Shown here: piece by piece, positions 30,156-41,429 of the stretch
Position numbering within the stretch: the stretch's first letter is position 1
How the letters are laid out: the number at the start of each line of letters is the position of its first letter
Assembly: GCA_963830365.1 (NCBI GenBank)
Contig: CAWHMU010000045.1
Span: 32,001 to 96,000 of the forward strand
DNA: 64,000 nt
Direction of reading: 5' to 3'
Source of the DNA: an uncultured Chlamydiae bacterium
Lineage (GTDB): Bacteria; Chlamydiota; Chlamydiia; Chlamydiales; Parachlamydiaceae
The notes under the pieces: model-generated
Told to the model about the DNA's origin: nothing
Seen by the model: only the letters and a program-made list of their open reading frames with translations
The model's database searches: none
Position numbers and translations under genes: made by a program

Positions 30156-30280
30156 TGCATTGAGGGCGCAAATTTAAGGTGCTCATTAATGACTCTCACT
30201 AGATCATGGTATAACCACACATTAACCTGCGAAAAGAGTTTTGAGCATAAGCCTCGCTTTTAGAAATATGGAAAAATCAG

Positions 30281-30928
30281 ATGCAGAAATCGAATGTAAT
30301 TACCCATTTGTTTTTGGATATCGGCGCCGTCCTGCTCACTAATGGTTGGGATCATCATGCCCGCAAACGGGCCGCGACGAGTTTCAAGTTGAAGTGGGCA
30401 GAGATCGAAGCTCGGCATCAGCTGATTTTTGAAACCTACGAAGAGGGGAAGTTTACGCTGGAAGACTACTTAAGTCTGGTTATCTTCTATAAAAAACAAC
30501 CGTTTACAAGGACTCAATTTCGAAGTTTCATGTTTGCACAGTCTAAGCCATATCCCAAAATGATCGATTTGGTGCGTCGGCTGAAGATAAAATATGGATT
30601 GAAGATTGTCGTGGTCAGCAACGAAGCAAGGGAATTAAATGCACACCGAATTCGGAAATTCAAGTTAGATGAATTTGTGGATTCTTTTGTTTCGTCTTGC
30701 TTCGTCCACGTCCGCAAGCCAGACACAGAGATTTTTCGCCTTGCATTGGACATCAGTCATGCCCAAGCCGAGCAAATAGTCTTTATAGACAACACTACAA
30801 TGTTCGTCCAAATCGCGGAAGGGTTGGGAATTCGAAGCATTCTTCACACAGATTATAAGTCCACATGCGCACAACTGGCTTCGTTCGGATTTCAGACTGA
30901 CGAAGGCGCCATCCATGAAACCAGCTGA
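30281..30928 (+). CDS. HAD-superfamily phosphatase/hydrolase
   Basis: FLDIGAVL (motif I), VSNE, RKPD.EIF, FIDN. Confidence 0.85.
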   Translation: MQKSNVITHLFLDIGAVLLTNGWDHHARKRAATSFKLKWAEIEARHQLIFETYEEGKFTLEDYLSLVIFYKKQPFTRTQFRSFMFAQSKPYPKMIDLVRRLKIKYGLKIVVVSNEARELNAHRIRKFKLDEFVDSFVSSCFVHVRKPDTEIFRLALDISHAQAEQIVFIDNTTMFVQIAEGLGIRSILHTDYKSTCAQLASFGFQTDEGAIHETS

Positions 30929-31187
30929 TCAATGCATTCTGACGATCAATGGCGAGGTGGCGATCGGTATCTCAATGGACTGGATTTAGGCACGCTGCGG
31001 GAAGGATGGGTTGACCGCGGTGCGACATGGCAAATCCATAGACACAAGTATGGGTTTCGCCCCGACAGCAGGGGTCAATGGGAACCCGATCAGGGGATCT
31101 TGATCGGGATTGGTTTGGTATCTCGCGCGCACGGACGAGAAATGGATGATTGCACGCCGTTTGCGGCGTCTTGGCTTCTGGAATTAA
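30915..31187 (+). pseudogene. ackA: Acetate kinase remnant (multiple internal deletions and frameshifts)
   Basis: Successive fragments in shifting frames: MKPADQCILTING; LTAVRHGKSIDTSMGFAPTAG; MGTRSGDLD; LVWYLAR-TDEKWMIAR. These are the N-terminal, central and C-terminal acetate kinase motifs within ~270 bp. Confidence 0.85.
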
Positions 31188-31218
31188 AATAAAATAGCTG
31201 TTTGAAAGGAGCATTGTC

Positions 31219-33639
31219 ATGACAGTGAAAAATGGAATTAAGGAGAACAGCGCTGTACAAACGCAGCAGATGAATAAAACGGGCAATCCCCTGTCGCCTG
31301 ATTTGCTGCAAAAGATAAACGCCTATTGGCGCGCTGCCAACTATCTATCGGTCGGCCAGATTTATCTCTTCGACAATCCGCTGCTGAAGGAACCGCTGAA
31401 ATTATCCCATGTGAAGCCGCTGGTGGTAGGGCACTGGGGCACAACGCCGGGCCAGAACTTTATTTATGTACACTTGAACAGGGTGATCAAGAAGTACGAC
31501 CTGGATATGTTTTATATCGCCGGCCCGGGGCACGGCGGTCCTGCGGTGGTAGGCAATGTCTACCTCGAAGGCACCTATACCGAGATTTACCCGGACATCA
31601 CCCAGGATGAAGCCGGGATGAAAAAGCTGTTCAAACAATTTTCGTTTCCTGGAGGGATTTCCAGCCATGTTGCGCCGACGACGCCGGGGTCGATTCACGA
31701 AGGGGGGGAGTTGGGCTATTCACTCAGCCACGCATTCGGCGCCGCTTTCGACAATCCCGATCTGATTGTGGCGTGCATCATCGGCGACGGTGAAGCAGAA
31801 ACAGCCTCATTGGCAACCGCATGGCAGTCCAACAAATTTCTCAATCCAATTAGCGATGGCGCCGTGCTGCCTATCCTGCACCTTAATGGGTATAAGATCA
31901 GCAATCCGACTGTTCTGGCCCGTATCGAGCCTGAGGAATTGGAGCAATTCTTTCGAGGCTGCGGATGGACTCCTTATTTTGTCGAAGGCGATGACCCGGA
32001 AAAAATGCATCAGCTCATGGCCAGCAATTTGGAAAAGGCTATCGAGGACATCCGGCAAATCCAAGGCAATGCACGGAGCAAAAATGACACCACGCGGCGA
32101 CGATGGCCTATGATCGTCCTCAAATCACCAAAAGGTTGGACGGGACCGAAAGTAGTCGACGGATTGCAAATCGAAGGCACCTTCCGGTCGCACCAGGTGC
32201 CGCTATTAGTGGATAGCAAACATCCTGATCATGTCAAGTTACTTGAAGATTGGATGAAAAGCTACAAGCCCGAGGAGCTATTTGATGAAAATGGACGTCT
32301 GCGAGCGGAATTGGCCGAACTTGCACCCAAGGGCGAACGACGCATGGGAGCAAATCCCCATACCAATGGTGGCATTTTGCTCCACGACTTGGAAATGCCG
32401 GACTTCCACGACCACGCGGTGAATGTGCCTTCGCCCGGTGCCATTGACGGGGAAGATACGCTAGTACTGGGTAAGTTTCTGCGCGATGTAATCAAGCTGA
32501 ATCACGATAAGCGCAATTTCCGTGTCTTTGGTCCTGATGAGACACTCTCAAATCTATTGGGTGCTGTTTTTGAAGTCACCAACCGTCAGTGGGACGCCAG
32601 GGAAGTGAAAAATGATGAATTCCTTGCCCCCAACGGAGGCGTGCTGGATTCGATGCTGAGTGAAAACCAGTGCGAGGGTTGGTTGGAAGGTTATTTGTTA
32701 ACCGGACGGCATGGATTATTCAACAGCTATGAGGCGTTCATCCGCATCATCGATTCAATGTTCAGCCAGCACGCCAAGTGGCTGAAGGTGTGCCTGGAAC
32801 TGCCCTGGCGACGGAAAATCTCATCGTTAAACTACCTGCTTGCTTCTCACGTTTGGCAGCAAGACCACAATGGCTTTACACACCAGGATCCCGGTTTCCT
32901 CGACCACGTCATCAATAAAAAAGCCGATATCGTGCGCGTTTACCTGCCTCCAGACGCCAACTGCCTGTTGTCGGTATTTGATCACTGCCTGCGCAGTCGT
33001 AATTACGTCAACGTGGTGGTTGCTGGTAAACACCCTCTCCCGCAATGGCTGAACATGGATGCAGCCGTCGTGCATTGTACGGAAGGCATCGGCATTTGGC
33101 AATGGGCCAGCAACGATCAGGACGCTGCGCCGGACGTGGTGATGGGCTGCTGCGGAGACACTGCTACGCTAGAAACATTGGCCGCTGTTTCCATCCTTCG
33201 CGAGCATCTGCCTGAATTAAAAATTCGCGTCGTTAATGTCGTCGATTTGATGAGGCTGCAGCCTAAGAGCGAACATCCTCACGGTTTAAACGACACGGAT
33301 TATGATTCGCTCTTCACAAAAGACAAGCACATTATCTTTAACTTTCACGGTTATCCCTGGCTAGTCCATCGGCTGACTTACAGAAGGACCAACCAAAATC
33401 TGCACGTTCGTGGATACAAGGAAGAGGGCACAATCACGACAGCCTTTGACATGCGAGTGCAAAACGATATTGACAGGTTTCATCTGGTACAAGATGTGGT
33501 TGATCGGCTGCCTCATCTAGGATCAAAAGGCGCCTATTTGAAACAGATGATGCAGGACAAACTCATTGAGCACAAACATTACATTGATAAGCACGGTCTG
33601 GACATGCCGGAAATCCAGAACTGGAAATGGGGTCAATAA
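31219..33639 (+). CDS. xfp: Xylulose-5-P/fructose-6-P phosphoketolase
   Basis: [73 protein letters not shown]. Confidence 0.96.
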   Translation: MTVKNGIKENSAVQTQQMNKTGNPLSPDLLQKINAYWRAANYLSVGQIYLFDNPLLKEPLKLSHVKPLVVGHWGTTPGQNFIYVHLNRVIKKYDLDMFYIAGPGHGGPAVVGNVYLEGTYTEIYPDITQDEAGMKKLFKQFSFPGGISSHVAPTTPGSIHEGGELGYSLSHAFGAAFDNPDLIVACIIGDGEAETASLATAWQSNKFLNPISDGAVLPILHLNGYKISNPTVLARIEPEELEQFFRGCGWTPYFVEGDDPEKMHQLMASNLEKAIEDIRQIQGNARSKNDTTRRRWPMIVLKSPKGWTGPKVVDGLQIEGTFRSHQVPLLVDSKHPDHVKLLEDWMKSYKPEELFDENGRLRAELAELAPKGERRMGANPHTNGGILLHDLEMPDFHDHAVNVPSPGAIDGEDTLVLGKFLRDVIKLNHDKRNFRVFGPDETLSNLLGAVFEVTNRQWDAREVKNDEFLAPNGGVLDSMLSENQCEGWLEGYLLTGRHGLFNSYEAFIRIIDSMFSQHAKWLKVCLELPWRRKISSLNYLLASHVWQQDHNGFTHQDPGFLDHVINKKADIVRVYLPPDANCLLSVFDHCLRSRNYVNVVVAGKHPLPQWLNMDAAVVHCTEGIGIWQWASNDQDAAPDVVMGCCGDTATLETLAAVSILREHLPELKIRVVNVVDLMRLQPKSEHPHGLNDTDYDSLFTKDKHIIFNFHGYPWLVHRLTYRRTNQNLHVRGYKEEGTITTAFDMRVQNDIDRFHLVQDVVDRLPHLGSKGAYLKQMMQDKLIEHKHYIDKHGLDMPEIQNWKWGQ

Positions 33640-33697
33640 AGAAATGGGGCCCTAAGGCATATGCCGGAGATGCGGAATACGAAAGGATTAAATTAAA

Positions 33698-34690
33698 ATG
33701 GCGCTGCGACTAATTGAAATGGTGTTAAAGGAGAAGGATAGTGCTGCGGTTACCGAGCTTCTCAAAGACCATAAGATGCTTGAACACAGGCATCTTCTAT
33801 TATCTCAAGGAGAAGTGCTGGTACGGATTTTGTTGGATTCAGAAGAAAGCGAGTCTGTACTGGAGTTATTGGAAAAACAGTACGCAGGTAAAGAGGGAAA
33901 CCGGGTAGTGATTCTGCCTGTCGAGGCAACATTGCCGCGCGACGATCAGGAGCCGGTCGCTGCGCAAATAAAGGCGCCAGAGCGCATCAGCCGAGAAGAA
34001 TTGTACGAGAACATTAAAGATGCCGCTCGGTGTTCTAAGGTCTATTTGACGATGGTGATTTTATCCACGATAGTGGCATCGGTCGGTCTGCAGCAAAATA
34101 GTGTAGCGATCATCATCGGGGCAATGGTGATTGCGCCATTGCTTGGGCCAAACATTGCGTTGGCACTTGGCACAACGTTGGGAGACTTGACATTGTTACG
34201 ACGCGCACTGCTAACGGATATTGCCGGGATTGCGACGACGATCGTGCTCTCTATTATCATCGGTGCATTGGTACATATGGATCCGGCTGTATTAGAAGAA
34301 GTGTCTAATATGCGGGTCGGACTGGGAAACATGCTGGTGGCGTTAGCCTCAGGATGTGCAGGTGCGTTGTCATTCACCACCGGTGTTTCGGCGGCTTTGA
34401 TCGGCGTTATGGTGGCGGTGGCGCTGTTACCTCCCCTCGTAACATTTGGACTGCTGCTGGGGAGCGGATATCTGGATTTGTCCATGGTGGCATTGTCGCT
34501 GTTTCTGATGAACCTGATTTGCGTTAACCTCGCCGGCGTGATTACGTTCCTGCTTCAGGGCATTCACCCAACGACATGGCGGGAAAAAGGTCATGCCGCA
34601 AAGGCCACATTTATCGCCATCAGTTTTTGGGTGGTGCTATTGGCGGCATTAATAGGCTTAATTCTGCTTTTACGAAAGGATTTAGTATGA
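33698..34690 (+). CDS. TIGR00341/DUF389-family membrane protein
   Basis: [52 protein letters not shown]. Confidence 0.85.
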   Translation: MALRLIEMVLKEKDSAAVTELLKDHKMLEHRHLLLSQGEVLVRILLDSEESESVLELLEKQYAGKEGNRVVILPVEATLPRDDQEPVAAQIKAPERISREELYENIKDAARCSKVYLTMVILSTIVASVGLQQNSVAIIIGAMVIAPLLGPNIALALGTTLGDLTLLRRALLTDIAGIATTIVLSIIIGALVHMDPAVLEEVSNMRVGLGNMLVALASGCAGALSFTTGVSAALIGVMVAVALLPPLVTFGLLLGSGYLDLSMVALSLFLMNLICVNLAGVITFLLQGIHPTTWREKGHAAKATFIAISFWVVLLAALIGLILLLRKDLV

Positions 34691-37347
34691 ATATCCAAGC
34701 GCTGATAAACACTGCAATTGCCCTGGTAGCCTGCGATAAGGGTTTGCTTGCTATGGATGAAAGCAATCCGACTTGCAATAAACGATTTGCCAAGTTAGGG
34801 ATTCCGCAGACTGTGGAAGCTAGGCGATCTTACCGGGAATTGATTTTGACTACACCCGGTTTAGGGGAGTTTATCAGCGGCGCCATCCTTTATGATGAAA
34901 CCATCCGTCAGTCCATGAAAGATGGCACGCCTTTTATTAAAGTCATTACCGATGCCGGGATCATTCCCGGCATCAAAGTTGACACCGGTGCAAAGGAGAT
35001 GGCTGGCCATGCCGGAGAAAAAATAACTGAAGGTCTTGATGGATTGCGCGATCGACTTAAGGAATATTACCAAATGGGCGCCCGTTTTGCCAAATGGCGC
35101 GCTGTGATTGCAATCGGCCATGATATACCTAGCAGAGGATGCATCGAAGCAAATGCGCAGGCGTTAGCTCGTTATGCCGCCTTATGCCAGGAGGCTGGAT
35201 TGGTACCGATCGTCGAGCCGGAAGTGCTGATGGACGGAGAGCATACCTTAGAGCAGTGCGGCAAGGTGACTGAGGAAGTTCTGCACACAGTTTTCAATCA
35301 TCTATATGCACAAGGAGTGATGCTGGAAGGTATGCTTTTAAAGCCCAACATGGTGCTTCCGGGATTGACCTGTCCCAAACAAGAAACTGTTGACGAGGTA
35401 GCCGATGCTACGGTGAGATGTCTCTTGCGAACTGTCCCGGCAGCCGTTCCCGGCGTTATGTTCTTATCGGGCGGTCAAGCCGGTGAACTGGCTTCAGCCC
35501 GTTTGAATGCCATGCATGTCCGATTCAAGTCAAAACTTCCTTGGGCGTTGTCATTTTCTTTTGCGCGCGCCATCCAACAGCCTGCTTTAGAGATTTGGCA
35601 AGGCAAGGAAGTAAATGTATCGGCAGCACAACAAGCTTTGTATCATCGAGCCAGATGCAACCAGGCAGCACGCCGTGGCGAGTACAATGCTGTGCTGGAA
35701 AAAGATATGGGTATGTCAACAAATAAAGTGACGCTCACAAAGCTCACAGCGTGGCATGCTCTCAAATCCCATTATCCGAAGGTTCGAGAATTGCATCTTA
35801 GGGGCCTCTTCGCGGATGATCCAAAGCGCGGAGAGCACATGACAGTTGAAGCAGTCGGCATCTATTTTGACTATTCGAAGCATCGCATTACCGACGAGAC
35901 ACTTAAGCTTCTTCTACAATTGGCGGAGGAAGTTGGGTTGCGGGCTCGCATTGAATCCATGTTCAGGGGCGACAAGATTAACGTCACGGAGAAGCGCGCC
36001 GTCCTGCATGTGGCGCTGCGTGCCCCCAAAGGGCAATCCATTGTTCTAGACGGTGAAGACGTCGTGCCTCAAGTCCATGCGGTGCTCGAAAAGATGGCCA
36101 ATTTTTCCAATCGAATTCGCAGTGGAGAATGGAAAGGTCACACGGGCAAGCCGATCCGCAACATCATCAATATCGGCATTGGCGGCTCTGATCTAGGTCC
36201 TGTGATGGCGTATGAGGCATTACGTCATTATAGCCAGCGGAATCTGACCTTCCGCTTCATCTCTAATATCGATGGCACTGACTTCACCGAGGCAACCCGC
36301 GACCTCGACGCTGAAGAGACGCTGTTCATCATCTCGTCGAAGACCTTTACGACCTTAGAGACGATGACTAATGCTCACACAGCCCGTGAATGGGCTCTCA
36401 AGACCTTGAAACACCCCGCGGCTGTTGCCAAGCATTTCGTCGCTGTCTCGACCAATGCCGAGGAGGTGGCTAAGTTCGGTATCGACACTGCAAATATGTT
36501 TGAGTTTTGGGATTGGGTCGGCGGCCGATACTCCATGGATGCAGCCATTGGCCTTTCAACAATGATCGCCATTGGTCCGGACAATTTTCGTGCCATGCTC
36601 GACGGTTTCCACCAGATGGATGAGCATTTTCGCACAGCTCCTTTCGAGAGCAATTTACCGGTGCTGATGGGACTGCTAGCTCTCTGGTACAACAACTTCT
36701 TCGATACACAGACGATAGCTGTCCTGCCGTATGAACAGTACTTGAAGCGTTTCCCCGCTTATCTCCAGCAGTTGACGATGGAAAGCAATGGCAAGCATGT
36801 CACGCTTGATGGGACTAAGGTAACCTACCAAACCGGACCGATTTTCTGGGGTGAACCGGGAACTAATGGTCAGCATTCCTTTTATCAATTGATTCATCAA
36901 GGGACTAAGCTCATCCCCTGCGATTTTATTGCGTTTGCTAAAGCCTTAAATCCTATTGGCCGTCACCATGATTTGCTCTTGGCCAACGTCTTTGCGCAGG
37001 CCGAGGCCCTGGCTTTTGGCAAAACACCGCAGGAACTACAAGCAGAAAATATACCTGAAAGGCTAATCCCGCACCGAACTTTCGAAGGCAACCGGCCATC
37101 CAGCACCATCTTGCTGGAACAGCTGACTCCTCAGGCGTTGGGGAAACTGGTAGCACTCTATGAACACAGTGTTTTCACGCAAGGTGCCATCTGGGAAATT
37201 GACTCATTCGACCAGTGGGGGGTCGAATTGGGAAAAGCACTTGCCGAGCGCATCATCCCCGAACTTGAAACGGGGAACAAGTCTCACCTAAAGCATGATA
37301 GTTCAACCAACAACCTAATCCTGCGTTATACGAGATCAAAGGCATGA
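34687..37347 (+). CDS. Fused class I fructose-bisphosphate aldolase plus glucose-6-phosphate isomerase
   Basis: ATG at 34687 overlaps the upstream TGA (ATGA). FBA part: [40 protein letters not shown] (Schiff-base Lys), FLSGGQ, FSFARA. PGI part from ~35713: [51 protein letters not shown]. No stop between them. Confidence 0.9.
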   Translation: MNIQALINTAIALVACDKGLLAMDESNPTCNKRFAKLGIPQTVEARRSYRELILTTPGLGEFISGAILYDETIRQSMKDGTPFIKVITDAGIIPGIKVDTGAKEMAGHAGEKITEGLDGLRDRLKEYYQMGARFAKWRAVIAIGHDIPSRGCIEANAQALARYAALCQEAGLVPIVEPEVLMDGEHTLEQCGKVTEEVLHTVFNHLYAQGVMLEGMLLKPNMVLPGLTCPKQETVDEVADATVRCLLRTVPAAVPGVMFLSGGQAGELASARLNAMHVRFKSKLPWALSFSFARAIQQPALEIWQGKEVNVSAAQQALYHRARCNQAARRGEYNAVLEKDMGMSTNKVTLTKLTAWHALKSHYPKVRELHLRGLFADDPKRGEHMTVEAVGIYFDYSKHRITDETLKLLLQLAEEVGLRARIESMFRGDKINVTEKRAVLHVALRAPKGQSIVLDGEDVVPQVHAVLEKMANFSNRIRSGEWKGHTGKPIRNIINIGIGGSDLGPVMAYEALRHYSQRNLTFRFISNIDGTDFTEATRDLDAEETLFIISSKTFTTLETMTNAHTAREWALKTLKHPAAVAKHFVAVSTNAEEVAKFGIDTANMFEFWDWVGGRYSMDAAIGLSTMIAIGPDNFRAMLDGFHQMDEHFRTAPFESNLPVLMGLLALWYNNFFDTQTIAVLPYEQYLKRFPAYLQQLTMESNGKHVTLDGTKVTYQTGPIFWGEPGTNGQHSFYQLIHQGTKLIPCDFIAFAKALNPIGRHHDLLLANVFAQAEALAFGKTPQELQAENIPERLIPHRTFEGNRPSSTILLEQLTPQALGKLVALYEHSVFTQGAIWEIDSFDQWGVELGKALAERIIPELETGNKSHLKHDSSTNNLILRYTRSKA

Positions 37348-37383
37348 GCGATAGTTCGTCACAAATGACAAGGGAGCCCCATT

Positions 37384-39495
37384 ATGGTTACAGATCAACA
37401 TAAGGCACTTGCATCGAAACCGGATCATGACGAGGTGGCCAAAAAGGCCTACGACATCTATCTGAAGGAAGGTTGTCCGCAAGGACACGATGTTCAGAAT
37501 TGGTTGGAGGCTGAGTCTGAAATAATGAAACCGCACACGCAGCCCAAACATCATGCAAATATGGCTGCAGATTTCCGGAAACGTTTCTGGATTTCACTTG
37601 TCTTAACCCTGCCCATTCTCATCCTTTCGCCGATGCTTCAAACACTGGCAGGACTGCGCGAAGCCATTAGTTTTCCCGGCGATATCTATGTCTTATTCGG
37701 TTTTTCTTCCGCTGTTTTTTTCTATGGCGGTTGGCCGTTTCTTAAAGGCTTTTTCGAGGAAATAAAATCCAAACGGCCAGGGATGATGACGCTCATTTCG
37801 GTCGCTATTGCTACGGCGTATCTTTACAGCAGCGCAGTGGTATTTGGCCTGACTGGCAAGATGTTTTTTTGGGAATTGGCCTCGCTGATCGATATCATGT
37901 TGCTTGGGCATTGGATTGAAATGAAATCTGTGATGGGTGCCTCACGGGCTTTAGAGGAACTTGCCAAACTAATGCCCTCCGATGCGCATAAACTCATGCC
38001 TGACGGCAATGTGAAAGATGTGCCGTTGAGCGAATTGGCGGTGAATGACAAAGTCCTGATCAAGCCGGGTGAGAAAATTCCGGCGGATGGGGTTATAGTA
38101 AACGGCGAAAGTTCCGTCGATGAGGCATTGTTAACCGGGGAGTCAGCCCCAGTTGACAAAAAGGCAGGCGAAAAAGTTATCGGTGGGTCAATCAACGGAG
38201 AAGGTTCATTGACCCTCGAGGTCAAGGGTACCGGCAAGGACTCGTTTCTCTCGCAAGTCATCAATCTCGTCAAACAGGCTCAAGAAAGTAAATCAAAGAC
38301 CCAGGACCTCGCCAATACCGCAGCTCTATGGTTAACGATCATTGCTTTGGGCGTCGGTGTTATAACTCTATTTGTTTGGCTGGTTATAATTGGCAAGGAC
38401 TTCGCTTTTGCCATCGAACGCACCGTCACGGTCATGGTCATCACCTGTCCGCACGCCTTAGGTCTTGCCGTACCATTGGTGGTAGCTGTTTCCACGGCAC
38501 TAGCAGCGAAAAATGGCTTGCTGATTCGAAATCGCGTTTCTTTCGAGAGTGCCCGGAAACTGCAGGCTATCATTTTTGATAAGACAGGCACGCTTACCGA
38601 GGGCCGCTTTGGTGTGACCGACACACTAGTGTTTTCGCAGGACATCGACGAAGATACATTACGCCAGTACGCAGCATCTGTGGATGCGTATTCCGAACAT
38701 CCCATCGCCAAGGCTATCGCTGCTTCTTCGAAAAAGAAGCTTCCTGTCGATAACTTTAAAAGTATACCGGGAAAAGGGGCCGAAGGTAAAGTCGAGGGTA
38801 GAGAGATCAAGGTTGTTAGCCCCGGTTTCTTGCGAGAACAAAATATCGCTCTTACCGATAAGCGTATCGAGCCAATGCAAGCCCAAGGCAAGACAGTCGT
38901 ATTTGTCCTCGTTGACGGAAAATTGAAAGGAGCGATTGCCCTGGCTGACATCGTCAGGCCCGAGGCAAAACAAACCATCGATGCACTTAAGAAATTGAAC
39001 ATTCGCTGCATGATGCTAACAGGTGATAACAAAGCGACGGCTAAATGGGTCTCAGACCAAGTCGGGCTGGATGAATATTTCGCCGAAGTCCTACCTCAGG
39101 ACAAAGCCTCCAAAGTAAAAGAAGTTCAATCCCGTGGTATATTGGTGGCAATGACTGGCGATGGAGTGAATGATGCCCCGGCGCTGGCTCAGGCGGATTT
39201 GGGTATTGCTATTGGAGCGGGTTCTGATGTGGCGATCGAAACGGCCGATGTAATCTTGGTGCGAAGCAATCCATTGGACGTCGTGGCCATCCTGAAGCTT
39301 TCCCGTGCCACATATCGTAAAATGGTTCAAAATCTTCTTTGGGCTACTGGCTACAACACCTTCGCTATTCCACTAGCCGCTGGTGTGTTTTATTCATTTG
39401 GCATACTGCTCACGCCTGCTATGGGCGCTGTGTTGATGTCGGCAAGTACAGTGATCGTTGCCATCAATGCGCGATTGCTGAAAATAAAACGATAG
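37384..39495 (+). CDS. copB: Copper-translocating P1B-type ATPase (CopB-like) with N-terminal DUF2934-like module
   Basis: LLGHWIEM, TGES, ITCPHALG (CPH), DKTGTLT, SEHP, TGDGVNDAPALA, GYN, MSAST. Confidence 0.88.
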   Translation: MVTDQHKALASKPDHDEVAKKAYDIYLKEGCPQGHDVQNWLEAESEIMKPHTQPKHHANMAADFRKRFWISLVLTLPILILSPMLQTLAGLREAISFPGDIYVLFGFSSAVFFYGGWPFLKGFFEEIKSKRPGMMTLISVAIATAYLYSSAVVFGLTGKMFFWELASLIDIMLLGHWIEMKSVMGASRALEELAKLMPSDAHKLMPDGNVKDVPLSELAVNDKVLIKPGEKIPADGVIVNGESSVDEALLTGESAPVDKKAGEKVIGGSINGEGSLTLEVKGTGKDSFLSQVINLVKQAQESKSKTQDLANTAALWLTIIALGVGVITLFVWLVIIGKDFAFAIERTVTVMVITCPHALGLAVPLVVAVSTALAAKNGLLIRNRVSFESARKLQAIIFDKTGTLTEGRFGVTDTLVFSQDIDEDTLRQYAASVDAYSEHPIAKAIAASSKKKLPVDNFKSIPGKGAEGKVEGREIKVVSPGFLREQNIALTDKRIEPMQAQGKTVVFVLVDGKLKGAIALADIVRPEAKQTIDALKKLNIRCMMLTGDNKATAKWVSDQVGLDEYFAEVLPQDKASKVKEVQSRGILVAMTGDGVNDAPALAQADLGIAIGAGSDVAIETADVILVRSNPLDVVAILKLSRATYRKMVQNLLWATGYNTFAIPLAAGVFYSFGILLTPAMGAVLMSASTVIVAINARLLKIKR

Positions 39496-39568
39496 CAAGA
39501 AAATAAAGACGGAGCTGATCTGGATTGCCAGATTGTCAATTGGTCGTAACTTAACAAAAGGTGTTTTT

Positions 39569-39694
39569 ATGATGGATCATACAGACGGATGGATGAATGG
39601 TTGGATGGGAGGAGGAATGTGGATTTGGACTGTGATCGGAATATTGGTGCTAGTCCTACTGGTCATTGCGATTAACAGGCTGTCCAAGAAATAA
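39569..39694 (+). CDS. 41-aa single-pass Met/Gly/Trp-rich small membrane protein (not in ORF track)
   Basis: MMDHTDGWMNGWMGGGMWIWTVIGILVLVLLVIAINRLSKK*; AAAAGGTG upstream; co-oriented between copB and DUF302. Confidence 0.65.
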   Translation: MMDHTDGWMNGWMGGGMWIWTVIGILVLVLLVIAINRLSKK

Positions 39695-39743
39695 GCATGC
39701 ATACACAGACTATGCACTAACAATTAACCATTAAAGGGAAATT

Positions 39744-40124
39744 ATGTTAATCAAATTGTCTACCGACAAAACCGTGAGTGAAGCTGCATCTGCCTTAGAG
39801 GCTGCTATACAGAACAATCATTTTGGTCTTATGCAGGTTCACAATCTAAAAGAGTCTATGATGAAGAAGGGTGTAGAATTCGCCCGCGAATGCCTAATCT
39901 TCGAGGTCTGTCAGCCGCAACAAGCGAAGAAGGTTCTTGACCAAAACATGAGCGTTTCAACTGCCCTGCCATGCCGAATCTCCATTTACGAGGAGGATGG
40001 AAAAACCTTTCTGGCTACCTTGAAGCCAACCACCCTTCTGGCTATGTTCAAGTCTCCTCAACTTGAAGGGGTGGCACAGGAAGTCGAGGACACGATTATT
40101 AAAATCATGAAGGAAGCAATTTAA
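39744..40124 (+). CDS. DUF302-family protein
   Basis: 126 aa; IFEVCQP..A..VL, ALPCRISIYE..GKT pattern; AAAGGGA RBS. Confidence 0.85.
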   Translation: MLIKLSTDKTVSEAASALEAAIQNNHFGLMQVHNLKESMMKKGVEFARECLIFEVCQPQQAKKVLDQNMSVSTALPCRISIYEEDGKTFLATLKPTTLLAMFKSPQLEGVAQEVEDTIIKIMKEAI

Positions 40125-40299
40125 TCATCTGAAATTACAGTTCGATTCATATTTATAATATATAAAGCTTTGGGATTATCGCCCCAAATCCTCAAGGCGA
40201 CAAAAGCAATCTTGTAAATTTCAAGATGTAGTGACGAATCACATAAACTTTGTCTCGATTTTCACTGTGCGAGCCACTGAAGTTGGGATAAGAGCTGGT

Positions 40300-40672
40300 C
40301 TGATCAGAACAATTGAAGCTGGACCGAAAGAAGACCTGCGAGTCTTATTAAAAGCCTGGGCAGTGCATGAAGACTGCGTGAATAAGACAAAGGCTACCTG
40401 AGCAGATTTTTTTAACCGTTTCGATATGTTGTGGATTTTCGTTTATACGGAAGGCGTGGAGCCAACGAACAACTTGGTGGAAAAAGGTCTCAGGCATAGA
40501 GTAATTTGGAGAAAGCTATCCCACGGATCACAGTCCGAAACGGGCGAAAGATTTGTTGAACGTGTAATGAGCGTAGCTCTGACCTTAAAACTCCAGACGA
40601 AAAAAACTTTTGAGTATTTCAGCGAATGCTTCAATGCATTCTTCTATGGCGGCAAAGCGCCACCAGTGTTTT
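40300..40672 (+). pseudogene. C-terminal remnant of an older IS66-family (single-ORF group) transposase; its downstream end continues at 43037-43158
   Basis: ...FDMLWIFVYTEGVEPTNNLVEKGLRHRVIWRKLSHGSQSETGERFVERVMSV..TLKLQ, with an upstream in-frame TGA. Interrupted by IS66 copy 1; a GC hairpin and IS66-like end GTGAATGGATAC lie at 43147-43158. Start boundary is approximate. Confidence 0.7.
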
Positions 40673-40751
40673 GTAAGCGTCAATTTTAGCCATCTTTTTA
40701 CAATTCAACCAAACTGGTAATCTTCCCTTAGATTTCATTTTAAGGAGAGAT

Positions 40752-41075
40752 ATGACCAAAGGAAAACCGAATCCCAACTGGAAAAAATTAGTCCACGAAT
40801 GGAGAGACAGCGGAAAAAGCGCGTGCGTTTGGTGCCAAGAACAACAAATTCCCATGAACACTCTGTCCGGCTGGAAAAAGCGTCTTAAACGATTGGAAGG
40901 CGATAGCGATGGCAAAGGATTCCAAAAGCCTTTTGTTGAGTTGAAGAATTTACGCCCCCTTGTAGATTCTGGAGTTCTCCTAGAGATTGATGGAGTGAGT
41001 ATTCGCTTGCAAGTTGATTTTGATGAGACGGTTTTTAGACAATGTTTGGATTGCTTGAGAGGAGGTAGATCATGA
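40752..41075 (+). CDS. tnpA: IS66 TnpA accessory protein
   Basis: W..LV.EW..SG.S...WC....I....L..WKKRL; first ORF of the element. Confidence 0.85.
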   Translation: MTKGKPNPNWKKLVHEWRDSGKSACVWCQEQQIPMNTLSGWKKRLKRLEGDSDGKGFQKPFVELKNLRPLVDSGVLLEIDGVSIRLQVDFDETVFRQCLDCLRGGRS

Positions 41076-41404
41076 TAGCCCTCTCAGGTAGCGCCCGTAT
41101 CTTCTTTTTCAAACAGCCGATCGATATGAGAAAAGGCATAGAAAAATTGTCTCAGCTTGTCGAATCCTGCTGCTCCGGAGAGTTGATGAGCGGTGCTTAT
41201 TTTGTTTTCGTCAATCAGACGAAGGATAGGATGAAGGTCTTGTACTGGGATAACGATGGGTTCGCTATTTGGTGGAAACGCCTTGAAAAAGGAAGCTTCC
41301 ATCTTCTTGGAATCGATAGATTTCTCATCGATCGCAAGGAATTTTTCATGCTCTTGGAAGGGATCACTCCAAAGAAAATCCAAAGCCGTTTTAGCGTGCG
41401 CTAA
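41072..41404 (+). CDS. tnpB: IS66 TnpB accessory protein
   Basis: PIDMRKGI, FVFVN, KVLYWD.DGF....KRLEKGSF. Confidence 0.92.
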   Translation: MIALSGSARIFFFKQPIDMRKGIEKLSQLVESCCSGELMSGAYFVFVNQTKDRMKVLYWDNDGFAIWWKRLEKGSFHLLGIDRFLIDRKEFFMLLEGITPKKIQSRFSVR

Positions 41405-41429
41405 AACAGCGTTTTCCTGATTTTTTTTC

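Noticed and set aside
30932..31192. 86-aa plus-strand ORF between HAD and xfp
   Set aside because: Off-frame reading of the ackA remnant.
34576..34686. 37-aa N-terminal extension of FBA-PGI in the ORF track
   Set aside because: Overlaps the TIGR00341 gene; the ATGA-coupled start at 34687 matches the aldolase N-terminus.
41072..41404. TnpB as an RNA-guided nuclease
   Set aside because: This is the 110-aa IS66 accessory TnpB, unrelated to IS200/IS605 RuvC TnpB.
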